Shown: positions 1 to 7,815 of the stretch, piece by piece
How positions within the stretch are numbered: the stretch's first letter is position 1
How the letters are laid out: each line of letters begins with the position of its first letter
Source of the DNA: Bacteroidota bacterium
Lineage (GTDB): Bacteria; Bacteroidota; Bacteroidia; AKYH767-A; OLB10
Direction: 5' to 3'
DNA: 64,000 nucleotides
Assembly (NCBI GenBank): GCA_018268195.1
Contig: JAFDWZ010000026.1
Span: forward strand, 64,491 to 128,490
Made by a program: the position numbers and the translations under genes
Notes under the pieces: generated by a model
What the model was told of the DNA's origin: nothing
Databases searched by the model: none
Seen by the model: only the letters and a program-made list of their open reading frames with translations

Positions 1-17
1 CAGACCTGATTGTAGTT

Positions 18-725
18 ATGGCTATTACACAACACGATTGTATTACCTGCAGTGTACGAGCATGTTCAATTCTTAATGAATGTGACAAGGAAACACTTAA
101 AGCAATCAGTAATTTTAAACTCACTAAATTTCTGGCAAAAGGCAAAAGGCTTTTCTCTGAAGGCGAACCCGTAGAAGGAGTATGTTTTATAAAGAAAGGC
201 TTTCTTAAAGTAGAGCTGAATGGAAAACAAGACAGACCTTTAATTCTTAAAATTGCCGGAAAGGGAACGGTCCTTGGTTATCGTATTAATGCCAAACATT
301 CTGTACATACATGCTCTGCAATTGCTGTTTCCGATGTGCAATATTGCTATGTGCCTTATGAGTTATTCGATAAAATTACTTCAAAAAGTTCTGAATTAAG
401 ACATCAGGTCATTAACCTTTTTATAGATGAACTTGAACTGGTAAAGAAAAAAGCACTGACTCTTGCACACAAAACTGTAAGAGAAAAAGTAGCCGAATCT
501 ATTTTATTGCTTGCCGAAACATTTAATTGTGAAAAAGAAGAAAATGAAATTTACATCAATTTCTGCAGACAGGATATAGCTGATTTAATTGGCACTACCA
601 AGGAGCAGGTTTCAAAAGTTATTAAAGATTTTGAAAAGGAAAAATTGATTAAATGCACTGCAAAAAAATTTAGTTATCTGGATATTTTCCGTCTTAACGA
701 AATTGCATTTCCCAACGTTCAGTGA
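18..725 (+). CDS. Crp/Fnr family transcriptional regulator with an FNR-like N-terminal cysteine cluster
   Basis: 235 aa. N-terminus reads DCITCSVRACSILNEC (C-x2-C-x4-C plus a fourth Cys). Central cNMP-binding-like beta-roll (GEPVEGVCFIKKGFLKV). C-terminal HTH (RQDIADLIGTTKEQVSKVIKDFEKEKLI). Lies directly upstream of the oxidase operon on the same strand. Confidence 0.85.
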   Translation: MAITQHDCITCSVRACSILNECDKETLKAISNFKLTKFLAKGKRLFSEGEPVEGVCFIKKGFLKVELNGKQDRPLILKIAGKGTVLGYRINAKHSVHTCSAIAVSDVQYCYVPYELFDKITSKSSELRHQVINLFIDELELVKKKALTLAHKTVREKVAESILLLAETFNCEKEENEIYINFCRQDIADLIGTTKEQVSKVIKDFEKEKLIKCTAKKFSYLDIFRLNEIAFPNVQ

Positions 726-803
726 CATTAAAAATGCCTGTGTAGTTTTTCTCATTCAAAAAAAATACGAAAACGTAATTATTGCCTGCTTTAAATAGCA
801 CTC

Positions 804-815
804 TGACATTTGTCA
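804..815. promoter_or_regulatory. Perfect palindrome TGACA-TT-TGTCA (contains TGAC-N4-GTCA); candidate Crp/Fnr-type operator upstream of the oxidase operon
   Basis: Read directly from the sequence (ctcTGACATTTGTCAtat), about 60 nt upstream of the first ORF of the operon (876). Resembles the core of FNR/Dnr-type boxes (TTGAT-N4-ATCAA). No binding data exist. Confidence 0.3.
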
Positions 816-875
816 TATCATTCAATATTCATTTTTGCTTTGAAAAAGTTGTAAAATGATTTTAAAACATTGAAT

Positions 876-1061
876 ATGGAAAATGATCAACAACAGGAAA
901 ACAAAAAAACTCCTTTCGGAAGAATGATTATGGACGACTTTATGTTGTTACTTTTTTTAGGAGTAACCATCTATGCCATTTTTTATCTGCTATGGGGTGT
1001 AATGGAACTTTCTAACCTGCCGGCAATTCCGGATGACGTCAAACAAAATTTAATCAATTAA
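876..1061 (+). CDS. Small single-TM membrane protein, possibly a ba3 subunit IIa (CbaD)-like peptide
   Basis: One hydrophobic helix (FMLLLFLGVTIYAIFYLLWGVM). Ends 24 nt before subunit II, the same position as cbaD in the Thermus cbaDBA operon. ATG at 876 is preferred over the TTG at 870. Confidence 0.5.
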   Translation: MENDQQQENKKTPFGRMIMDDFMLLLFLGVTIYAIFYLLWGVMELSNLPAIPDDVKQNLIN

Positions 1062-1085
1062 TTATTCACCTAAATATTAAGCATT

Positions 1086-2000
1086 ATGAGTTTACTCAGC
1101 CCGGTCGAAGGATGGTACTATAAAAAAGTCGCTAAAGATGAAAAGATGTGGATGATTATTGCACTTGTGCTATGTATCGTTCTTTTCATTTGGATGATTA
1201 TGTGGCACGTATATGGAAAACAAAATCCATCCAGCACAACTTACCGAACAAGTACAACAGAGTTTTCCAGGCTCACCGAAGCATACATCAAACAAAACAT
1301 GGTAGGAATGGACAATGGAATACCCATTGTAAAACCAGAGCCTAACACTGATATTTTTCTGATGGCAGAAATGTGGAGATGGAGCCCGGTACTTATTCTT
1401 CAAAAAGATCAGTCTTACAAATTTCATATTTCTTCAAAAGATCTCGTTCATGGTTTATCCATTCAACCGGTAAATATGAACTTTCAGGTCTATCCGGGTT
1501 ATGATTATCTGTTAGAATTTAAGCCAACCGAGTCCGGTGAGTATAAGGTCATCTGCAATGAGTTTTGCGGCATAGGTCATCATACCATGATTGGAAAAAT
1601 TGTGGTTATTGAAAAAGAAGAGGAATTAAAATCGTATGGCTTTGCAGATTTGAAAAAACCCGCAGGCCGCTCTGCAACTAAAAAGAATGAACCGCTTTCT
1701 GAAGCTGAGATGGCACTCATGGGTGAACAGGTATATACGCTCAAAGGTTGTGCTGCGTGTCATAAAACAGATGGCACTAGTATGATTGCTCCCGGTTGGA
1801 AAGGCTTGTATGGAAAAGAAGAGCATGTTATTGCCGATGGAAAAAAAATAACTGTAAGAGTTGATGATGACTATATAAGAGAGTCCATCAAGAATCCTTC
1901 TAATAAAATCACAGTAGGATACGAAAACACTCCTATGCCGGTAATGGGTTTAACCGATGAAGAAATTTCACAGGTTATTGCATATATAAAAACACTTTAA
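1086..2000 (+). CDS. Heme-copper oxidoreductase subunit II (CuA cupredoxin domain) fused to a C-terminal mono-heme cytochrome c domain
   Basis: N-terminal TM helix. CuA ligand set is intact: DLVHGLS and CNEFCGIGHHTM (H, C-x3-C-x3-H-x2-M). C-terminal CAACH heme c motif with a downstream MPVM. Confidence 0.9.
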   Translation: MSLLSPVEGWYYKKVAKDEKMWMIIALVLCIVLFIWMIMWHVYGKQNPSSTTYRTSTTEFSRLTEAYIKQNMVGMDNGIPIVKPEPNTDIFLMAEMWRWSPVLILQKDQSYKFHISSKDLVHGLSIQPVNMNFQVYPGYDYLLEFKPTESGEYKVICNEFCGIGHHTMIGKIVVIEKEEELKSYGFADLKKPAGRSATKKNEPLSEAEMALMGEQVYTLKGCAACHKTDGTSMIAPGWKGLYGKEEHVIADGKKITVRVDDDYIRESIKNPSNKITVGYENTPMPVMGLTDEEISQVIAYIKTL

Positions 2001-2033
2001 GACCAATACTTTCCAACTAAAATAAAAGACATT

Positions 2034-3701
2034 ATGTTTAGAACTTGCGACATCACAGGATTTAAAGTTGACCTTCAGTCAGAAAAACTTATAAGAGCTA
2101 ATGCAGTATTTGCAGTCATATCATTGCTTTTTGCTGTTGTAGCTGCCATACTGCTTGTTTTCACCCGATATCAGCCTGTGCATTTGCTCGGTGCTGAATG
2201 GTACTATCGTTTGGTAACCTTTCATGGATTGAATGCACTCATCTTCTGGATTATATTTTTTGAAATTGCCGGACTTTATTTCGGCTCTACGGTGATATTA
2301 AATACAAAGTTCTGTGCTCCTAAATGGGGATGGGTAGCTTTTGCGCTCATGGTAGCAGGATTAGTGATTTGTAATATCATAATTCTTATGGGTAAAGCAG
2401 ATGTTATGCTTACTTCCTACACTCCTCTCAAAGCACATCCGTTATATTACTTGGGTATTATTCTGTTTGCTGTGGGTGCATTGCTTGCTGTTATTTTATT
2501 TTTCGGTAATCTGATGATTGCAAGACGTGATAAAACTTATGGTGAAACAATGCCTCTGGTAACTTACGGGTTGATGACTGCTGCTATCATTGCAGTTATA
2601 ACACTTGCTTCAGGAGCGCTTATATATATTCCAACATTTCTTTGGTCGCTCGGTTTAGTAGAAAACATTGATCCTGCCATGTATAAACTTATCTGGTGGG
2701 GTCTGGGACATTCCTCTCAGCAGATAAATGTTGCTGCAATGGTTTCTATATGGTATATGGTATCATTCTTAACTGTAGGAGGTACTTCTATCAACGAAAG
2801 GGTATCACGTTCAGCATTTGTGTTGTATATTTTATTTATCTGTCTTGCATCAGCACACCACCTGCTTACCGACCCTGGAGTAAGCAGCGCATGGAAAGTA
2901 TGGAACACCAGTTATGCCATGTATCTTGCTGTTCTTGCATCAATGATTCATGCATTCGCAGTGCCGTCATCCTTCGAATCGGCACAACGCAGATGGGGTT
3001 TCAACAAAGGATTGTTTCAGTGGTTGTCAAAAGCGCCATGGAGTAATCCTGCATTTTCTTCCATCATTCTTGCTGTTATCGGTTTTGGTTTTATCGGTGG
3101 CACTACAGGGGTGATTTTCGGAATGGAACAAACCAATATCATTGTTCACAATACAATTGCTATTCCGGGACACTTCAAGGGTACCGTAGTTATCGGGACC
3201 ACTCTCACATTTATGGGTATCACCTACTATCTCATTCCACTCATATTTCGCAGAAAAATTGTGGGCTTCAAATGGGCACAATGGCAACCATGGTTATTTT
3301 TTATCGGTATAGCATTACTTTCAATTTCAATGATTGTTCTCGGACAACTTGGTGTTCCTCGCAGACATTGGGATTCTTCTTTCTCCGGTGGTCCATTTAC
3401 ATATAACTTTAACCCTGCTGTTGATTTCTTCTGGGCACTGATGATGCTGGGTGGAACCATTGCCTTCCTTGCTACTATCATCTGGATTTTAATCGTGGTA
3501 ATTTCCGTATTCTTTGGTCCCAAAGTTAACGGGCCACAGGATATGCAACTTAAAATTTCGCCACTGGCACCGGAAGCAAAAGAACATAAAGGGCTTGAAG
3601 CTCCCGGTACACTGGTGCTTACAATGATATTCCTACTGGTATTTATAGCGTTATTCTTCCTCAACTGGAAGTGGCTTGCTGCCACCTGGAACGTAAATTA
3701 A
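2034..3701 (+). CDS. Heme-copper oxidoreductase subunit I, B-family (ba3)-like but with non-canonical active-site positions
   Basis: 555 aa, polytopic. Blocks align with Thermus ba3 CbaA as I recall it: VTFHGLNALIF, TSYTPLKAHPLYYLG, MPLVTYG, WSLGLVENIDP, WWGLGHSSQQ (versus WWTGHPIVY), SAHHLLTDPG, LSKAPWSNPAF, VHNTIAIPGHFKG (versus VHNTAWVPGHFHL). Confidence 0.9.
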   Translation: MFRTCDITGFKVDLQSEKLIRANAVFAVISLLFAVVAAILLVFTRYQPVHLLGAEWYYRLVTFHGLNALIFWIIFFEIAGLYFGSTVILNTKFCAPKWGWVAFALMVAGLVICNIIILMGKADVMLTSYTPLKAHPLYYLGIILFAVGALLAVILFFGNLMIARRDKTYGETMPLVTYGLMTAAIIAVITLASGALIYIPTFLWSLGLVENIDPAMYKLIWWGLGHSSQQINVAAMVSIWYMVSFLTVGGTSINERVSRSAFVLYILFICLASAHHLLTDPGVSSAWKVWNTSYAMYLAVLASMIHAFAVPSSFESAQRRWGFNKGLFQWLSKAPWSNPAFSSIILAVIGFGFIGGTTGVIFGMEQTNIIVHNTIAIPGHFKGTVVIGTTLTFMGITYYLIPLIFRRKIVGFKWAQWQPWLFFIGIALLSISMIVLGQLGVPRRHWDSSFSGGPFTYNFNPAVDFFWALMMLGGTIAFLATIIWILIVVISVFFGPKVNGPQDMQLKISPLAPEAKEHKGLEAPGTLVLTMIFLLVFIALFFLNWKWLAATWNVN

Positions 3702-3781
3702 CCGGGCTAACCTTCATGTTGAATATGGTGCATGAATATTTTTTTCATGCATGCAGAAAAGTTTATTTAATAGGAGATAAT

Positions 3782-4528
3782 ATGCGATATGTAGTAATAT
3801 TGGTTTTGCCTCTATGGATTTTGTTATGCGGATTTAATTTCCCTGATGAAAAAAAACATCTCGCACAAAAAGTTGCCGATATTACGGTGACGGATGCAAA
3901 CGGAAATTCTTACAAACTTTACTCGTTGCTGCGCAACAAACCGCTTATCATCTCACCGGTTTATACCCGATGTTATTCAACATGTGCCATTGTAAGTAAT
4001 GGCGTTCAGGCAGTAGTTAATCAACTTGGCACTTTGGGAAAAGACTTTAACATGCTCAGCTTTTCCTTCGATACTGCCGACAAAGCTGAAGATCTTACCA
4101 TTTATGAACTGCGATGGAAGATGGATGGAAATAACTGGCGAACTGTAACTGCATCTGATGCTGAAATAAAAAAGTTATTGACATCCATCGGATACGAGTA
4201 CGACTACAATGCCTCCACCCAACAGTATAATCATCCTTCCATATTGGTGGTTCTAACACCCAGCGGTAAAATATCAAGATACATATATGGTATTAATCCT
4301 TCAAAGAAAGATGTAAACTTAGCAGTGATAGAAGCTGCTGCAGAACAGTCAAGGCCGGGATTAATTCAGGGGTTTTATCTCCGTTGTTTTGGTTACGACC
4401 CCATATTAAAAACCTACAAAATGGATTGGCGATTTATTATTTCCACTTCTGCAGGACTATTGATGATATCCTTGGTAAGTGGAATTTTTATACGATCTTT
4501 TATTATTTCAAAACACCATGACGGATAA
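3782..4528 (+). CDS. SCO1/SenC family copper chaperone (thioredoxin fold), membrane anchored
   Basis: CxxxC motif (RCYSTC, nt 3971-3985) and a downstream conserved His context (YNHPSILVVLTPSGKISRYIYG). N-terminal signal/anchor and a C-terminal TM. Start moved to ATG 3782 (MRYVVILVLPLW), which is preceded by aggag. Confidence 0.8.
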   Translation: MRYVVILVLPLWILLCGFNFPDEKKHLAQKVADITVTDANGNSYKLYSLLRNKPLIISPVYTRCYSTCAIVSNGVQAVVNQLGTLGKDFNMLSFSFDTADKAEDLTIYELRWKMDGNNWRTVTASDAEIKKLLTSIGYEYDYNASTQQYNHPSILVVLTPSGKISRYIYGINPSKKDVNLAVIEAAAEQSRPGLIQGFYLRCFGYDPILKTYKMDWRFIISTSAGLLMISLVSGIFIRSFIISKHHDG

Positions 4529-6467
4529 CATTAAAGAACAGCCGGCCCGCAAAGAACGAACGTATGGACATCAATTGTTTCAGAAATTTTCTTCCTTCTT
4601 CGGAAAAATATATTCTACCGATTTAAATCCTTTATACAACCTGGGCGGCATTGCCGTACTAATGTTTACCATTGCCTGTATTTCCGGCATATATATTTTT
4701 ATTTTTTACAATATCAATCCACGCGATGCCTGGGATTCAGTAGAGGCTATGTCAAACAACACTTTTAACGGATGGATGAGAACTATTCATCGTTACTCTT
4801 CTGATTTACTGGTGATTTTCATTTTGCTTCACTTGCTCCACACTTTGTTTACTTCAAAGTTTAAACGTCTTGTATCATGGATCAGTGGAATAATTTCCTT
4901 TTTAGTGGTAGTGATTATCGGTGTTACCGGCTTCATGCTTGTGTGGGATCAAAAAGCAAAACTTGCAGGATATCTTACTGCAAAACTTTTTTCCAGTCTT
5001 CCCATTTTCGACCCATCCATTGCGGGAGCATTTCTGCTCAACGACCTTAACACTGTTGGCGGATTTTTCAAAGTTGCATTATTTGGCCATATAGTTTTTT
5101 CGTTGGTAACAGTAATCATTATCTGGATTCATCTTCTTCGTATTTCCAAACCCAAATTATTTCCTCCTAAAAAACTGATCATTTACATCATCATCGCATT
5201 GGGAATTATTTCAATTGCAATACCGGTAAAAAGCGATCCACCGGCTCAGATGTCAAACCTGCCTATTCAAACTACATTCGACTGGTACTATTTTTTCGGA
5301 TACTATCTGATGAAATTGTTTACCGTTAATCAGAATTGGTTCATATTAACCGGTTCAGGAATCATACTGTGCATTATTCCTTATCTTATCAAAAGAAAAA
5401 ATAATCCACCCGTTTATATTGATCTCGACAAATGTGATGCTTGTAATCTCTGCTCCTATGACTGCCCCTATGAAGCCATTGATATGCTTCCACACAATGG
5501 CGCAAGAAAAGCCATTCTCTCACCTGACAAGTGTGTAGGTTGTGGTATCTGTATTGGCTCTTGTGCAGAGCATGCCATCAGTCACCCAATATACCCTGAG
5601 TTAATACTGCAGCAACGCAAGAAATCTGATTTGGCTGTATTCAGTTGCAGTTACTTTCCGGAGCCTGAATGGCCTTCAGGATTAGACATAGTACATTACA
5701 GAGTGCCTTGCACAGGGAGTGTTATGCCGAAGGATGTACAGCAAATGCTGGACAACAACTCCGAAAAAGTTGCTATTCTCGGTTGTGAAGATTGCTATTA
5801 TCGTCTGGGCAAAAACTGGACTATAAACCGTTTTCTGCGCAAAAGACCACCCACTTTTTCAAAGAAATTTGATGCTTCAAAAGTCAAAATGTTTACACTT
5901 ACTCAATACAATAAAGATAAACTTTTAGCATTTTCAAAGGAAGCTTCATCTGCCGATATAAGAACAGGAACATTAGGCGTTGATGACCACCAAAAAAGCA
6001 ATCCTATTCTTTCTACATTAATTCTTATAGTATTCTTTTCGCTGATGATTCCGTTCAGTAATACTACCGTTCATTTTTTCAACCCACAGGAAAAAACACT
6101 TATCGTAAACTTTAAATATATTTCTACTCCGCAAGAGTACGAACAAGTAAATACCGGAGCAGCACACATGAGGGCACTCAACCCTGTGGTTAAGAAAAGA
6201 AGTCCGGTGAAACTTACAATCTATTCAGCAAACAACAGCCGGTTGCTGTTTGAAAAAGAATTTTCTCCTCGTGGTCTTCGGCATGATATTGCAATGTTTA
6301 TTTATACACAGCTGAATATTGAAGCTGACAGTGTAAATGTGGATATAACAGAAACAGCCTTCCCCGACAAACATTACGAAATTAAAAATGTACATTTGAA
6401 AAAAGGCGATGGCACTTTTGTAATTTTTAAAGATGATAAACTGCAGGTCGCAGGAAAAAATGAATAG
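4518..6467 (+). CDS. Fusion protein: diheme cytochrome b (bc1/b6-type N-terminal domain), 2x[4Fe-4S] ferredoxin, MvhD/FlpD-like domain, TM helix and an uncharacterised C-terminal domain
   Basis: Two His pairs, each 14 residues apart on predicted helices: codons 4788/4830 (RTIHRY...LLH) and 5088/5130 (FGHIVF...WIH). CDACNLCSYDCP at 5433-5468 and CVGCGICIGSC at 5532-5564. MvhD-like Cys pattern (FSCSYF...VPCTGSV...ILGCEDCYY, about 5631-5830). Late TM helix (ILSTLILIVFFSLMIPF) followed by about 150 aa. Start at ATG 4518 overlaps the SCO gene end by 11 nt. Confidence 0.8.
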   Translation: MTDNIKEQPARKERTYGHQLFQKFSSFFGKIYSTDLNPLYNLGGIAVLMFTIACISGIYIFIFYNINPRDAWDSVEAMSNNTFNGWMRTIHRYSSDLLVIFILLHLLHTLFTSKFKRLVSWISGIISFLVVVIIGVTGFMLVWDQKAKLAGYLTAKLFSSLPIFDPSIAGAFLLNDLNTVGGFFKVALFGHIVFSLVTVIIIWIHLLRISKPKLFPPKKLIIYIIIALGIISIAIPVKSDPPAQMSNLPIQTTFDWYYFFGYYLMKLFTVNQNWFILTGSGIILCIIPYLIKRKNNPPVYIDLDKCDACNLCSYDCPYEAIDMLPHNGARKAILSPDKCVGCGICIGSCAEHAISHPIYPELILQQRKKSDLAVFSCSYFPEPEWPSGLDIVHYRVPCTGSVMPKDVQQMLDNNSEKVAILGCEDCYYRLGKNWTINRFLRKRPPTFSKKFDASKVKMFTLTQYNKDKLLAFSKEASSADIRTGTLGVDDHQKSNPILSTLILIVFFSLMIPFSNTTVHFFNPQEKTLIVNFKYISTPQEYEQVNTGAAHMRALNPVVKKRSPVKLTIYSANNSRLLFEKEFSPRGLRHDIAMFIYTQLNIEADSVNVDITETAFPDKHYEIKNVHLKKGDGTFVIFKDDKLQVAGKNE

Positions 6468-6470
6468 CCT

Positions 6471-7148
6471 CTATTTAAAAAGTTCAAGCACCTTGATTCC
6501 GGTTACTGCAATCTGAAGTCCGACACAAAATATGAGAAAAGCCATTATTCTGTTAATGTAAGTTTCGGTATGAGAGCCAAGGTATTGAAGTATCGTTTTT
6601 GTTTTCAGGTAAAAAACATAAATTAAAATGCACATGATAGTGATAGCTGTAAGAATTGCAGCAGTGTTTATCAAATAACTTACGGTGCTGGCATTTTCGC
6701 TGTGCGCGCCCAGTGTAAACAGCACCGATATAACACCTGCACCCGCAGTGATGGGAAAAGTAAGTGGGTAAAATAATTGATTCCGCAAGTTATCCAATCC
6801 TGTACCTGAAGCGGTATTTTCCTTCACTGCATCCTCAACACTTTCGCCACTTCCTGTGGTAAGTGAGTCCCATCCAATTTTGCATATCATAATACCTCCT
6901 GCCAGTTGAATAACAGGGATGGAAATTCCGAATAGCTCAAGAATCCAGTGGCCGGCAAATAACACTATTGAGCATAAGATAAAAACGTACAACACGATTT
7001 TTTTTACTGCTGTGCGCTTGGCTGCTTTATCCAGACCATCCATATAAGGGCTTACTATGAATGCTGAACCAACCGGGTTGATTACCGGAAACAGTGCTAC
7101 TGTACTCAGAAAAAGTAAATGCAGAAAGGAGTGTAAATTTTCATTCAT
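6471..7148 (-). CDS. MarC family (UPF0056) integral membrane protein
   Basis: 225 aa, multi-TM, with the NPVGSAFIV-type N-terminal motif typical of MarC/UPF0056 proteins. Confidence 0.75.
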   Translation of the reverse strand: MNENLHSFLHLLFLSTVALFPVINPVGSAFIVSPYMDGLDKAAKRTAVKKIVLYVFILCSIVLFAGHWILELFGISIPVIQLAGGIMICKIGWDSLTTGSGESVEDAVKENTASGTGLDNLRNQLFYPLTFPITAGAGVISVLFTLGAHSENASTVSYLINTAAILTAITIMCILIYVFYLKTKTILQYLGSHTETYINRIMAFLIFCVGLQIAVTGIKVLELFK

Positions 7149-7424
7149 TCTGGTGGTGAAATTAATAAATTGTTTCGGAGTTATAATCCAAACCTGCTAA
7201 GGCCTTTTCATTCAAATAATATTACTTGGTATTAAAATAAAGACTAGGAAATTGGTTAATTGACGATTGTGATGGAATGCTAAATCTCGGCCAAGTGAGC
7301 TCTTTCATCATCTTCTTCTTCATTCCGAAATATTACAATACATATATTACATATTTATGGCAAACATTTTTTCTTCTTTATTATAAAGAAAATGTATGGT
7401 ATATATTTGTGAAAATTATTTTTT

Positions 7425-7793
7425 ATGAAATTACTTTTTCCTTCTCTTGTACTGATTTTACTCGCAACTGGCGGATATAGTCAGGTTGCTAAATCCCTCA
7501 GTAAAAAACCTGATCCTGCTAAAGAACTTATGTTAGTTGAAGCTTCCTGTGGTGAATGTAGTTATGGTATGCCCGGCAAAGATTGCGACCTTGCAGTAAA
7601 AATTAAAGACAGCACTTATTTTGTTGACGGTGTGAGCATTTATGAATTCGGTCATCCCCATGATGCTAATGGTTTTTGTATTGCAATTCGTCATGCCGAA
7701 GTACAAGGCGAAGTAGTAAACGGACGATTTAAGGCAAGTTACTTCAAATTACTGAAGGAGGACGAGCAAAATAATAAAGCTAAAGAAAACTGA
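7425..7793 (+). CDS. Hypothetical secreted protein, small and Cys-containing
   Basis: Signal peptide (MKLLFPSLVLILLATGGYSQ). CGEC plus two further Cys. Lys/Glu-rich tail. I cannot confidently assign a family. Confidence 0.55.
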   Translation: MKLLFPSLVLILLATGGYSQVAKSLSKKPDPAKELMLVEASCGECSYGMPGKDCDLAVKIKDSTYFVDGVSIYEFGHPHDANGFCIAIRHAEVQGEVVNGRFKASYFKLLKEDEQNNKAKEN

Positions 7794-7815
7794 TTGCACG
7801 TTATTTAAATAGGCA

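Noticed and set aside
1148-3685. Internal and antisense ORFs within the oxidase subunit genes (for example 1148-1345, 1170-1427, 2696-3046, 3027-3287, 3227-3685)
   Set aside because: Each is fully nested in a CDS with strong family motifs and shows no motifs of its own. These are typical shadow ORFs.
3671-3781. The N-terminal extension of the SCO ORF (tracked start at 3671), and similar extensions at 14452-14484, 35014-35058, 41888-41947, 55177-55320 and 25796-25897
   Set aside because: In each case an internal Met directly precedes a signal peptide or the conserved domain start. The extension would overlap the upstream gene or add non-homologous residues, so I used the shorter start.
7277-7480. 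A 67-aa ORF in the divergent intergenic region between the MarC gene and the 7425 gene
   Set aside because: The sequence is extremely AT-rich and low-complexity (Phe/Ile/Tyr/Lys). It overlaps the start of the signal-peptide-bearing gene at 7425 in another frame. It is more likely promoter DNA.
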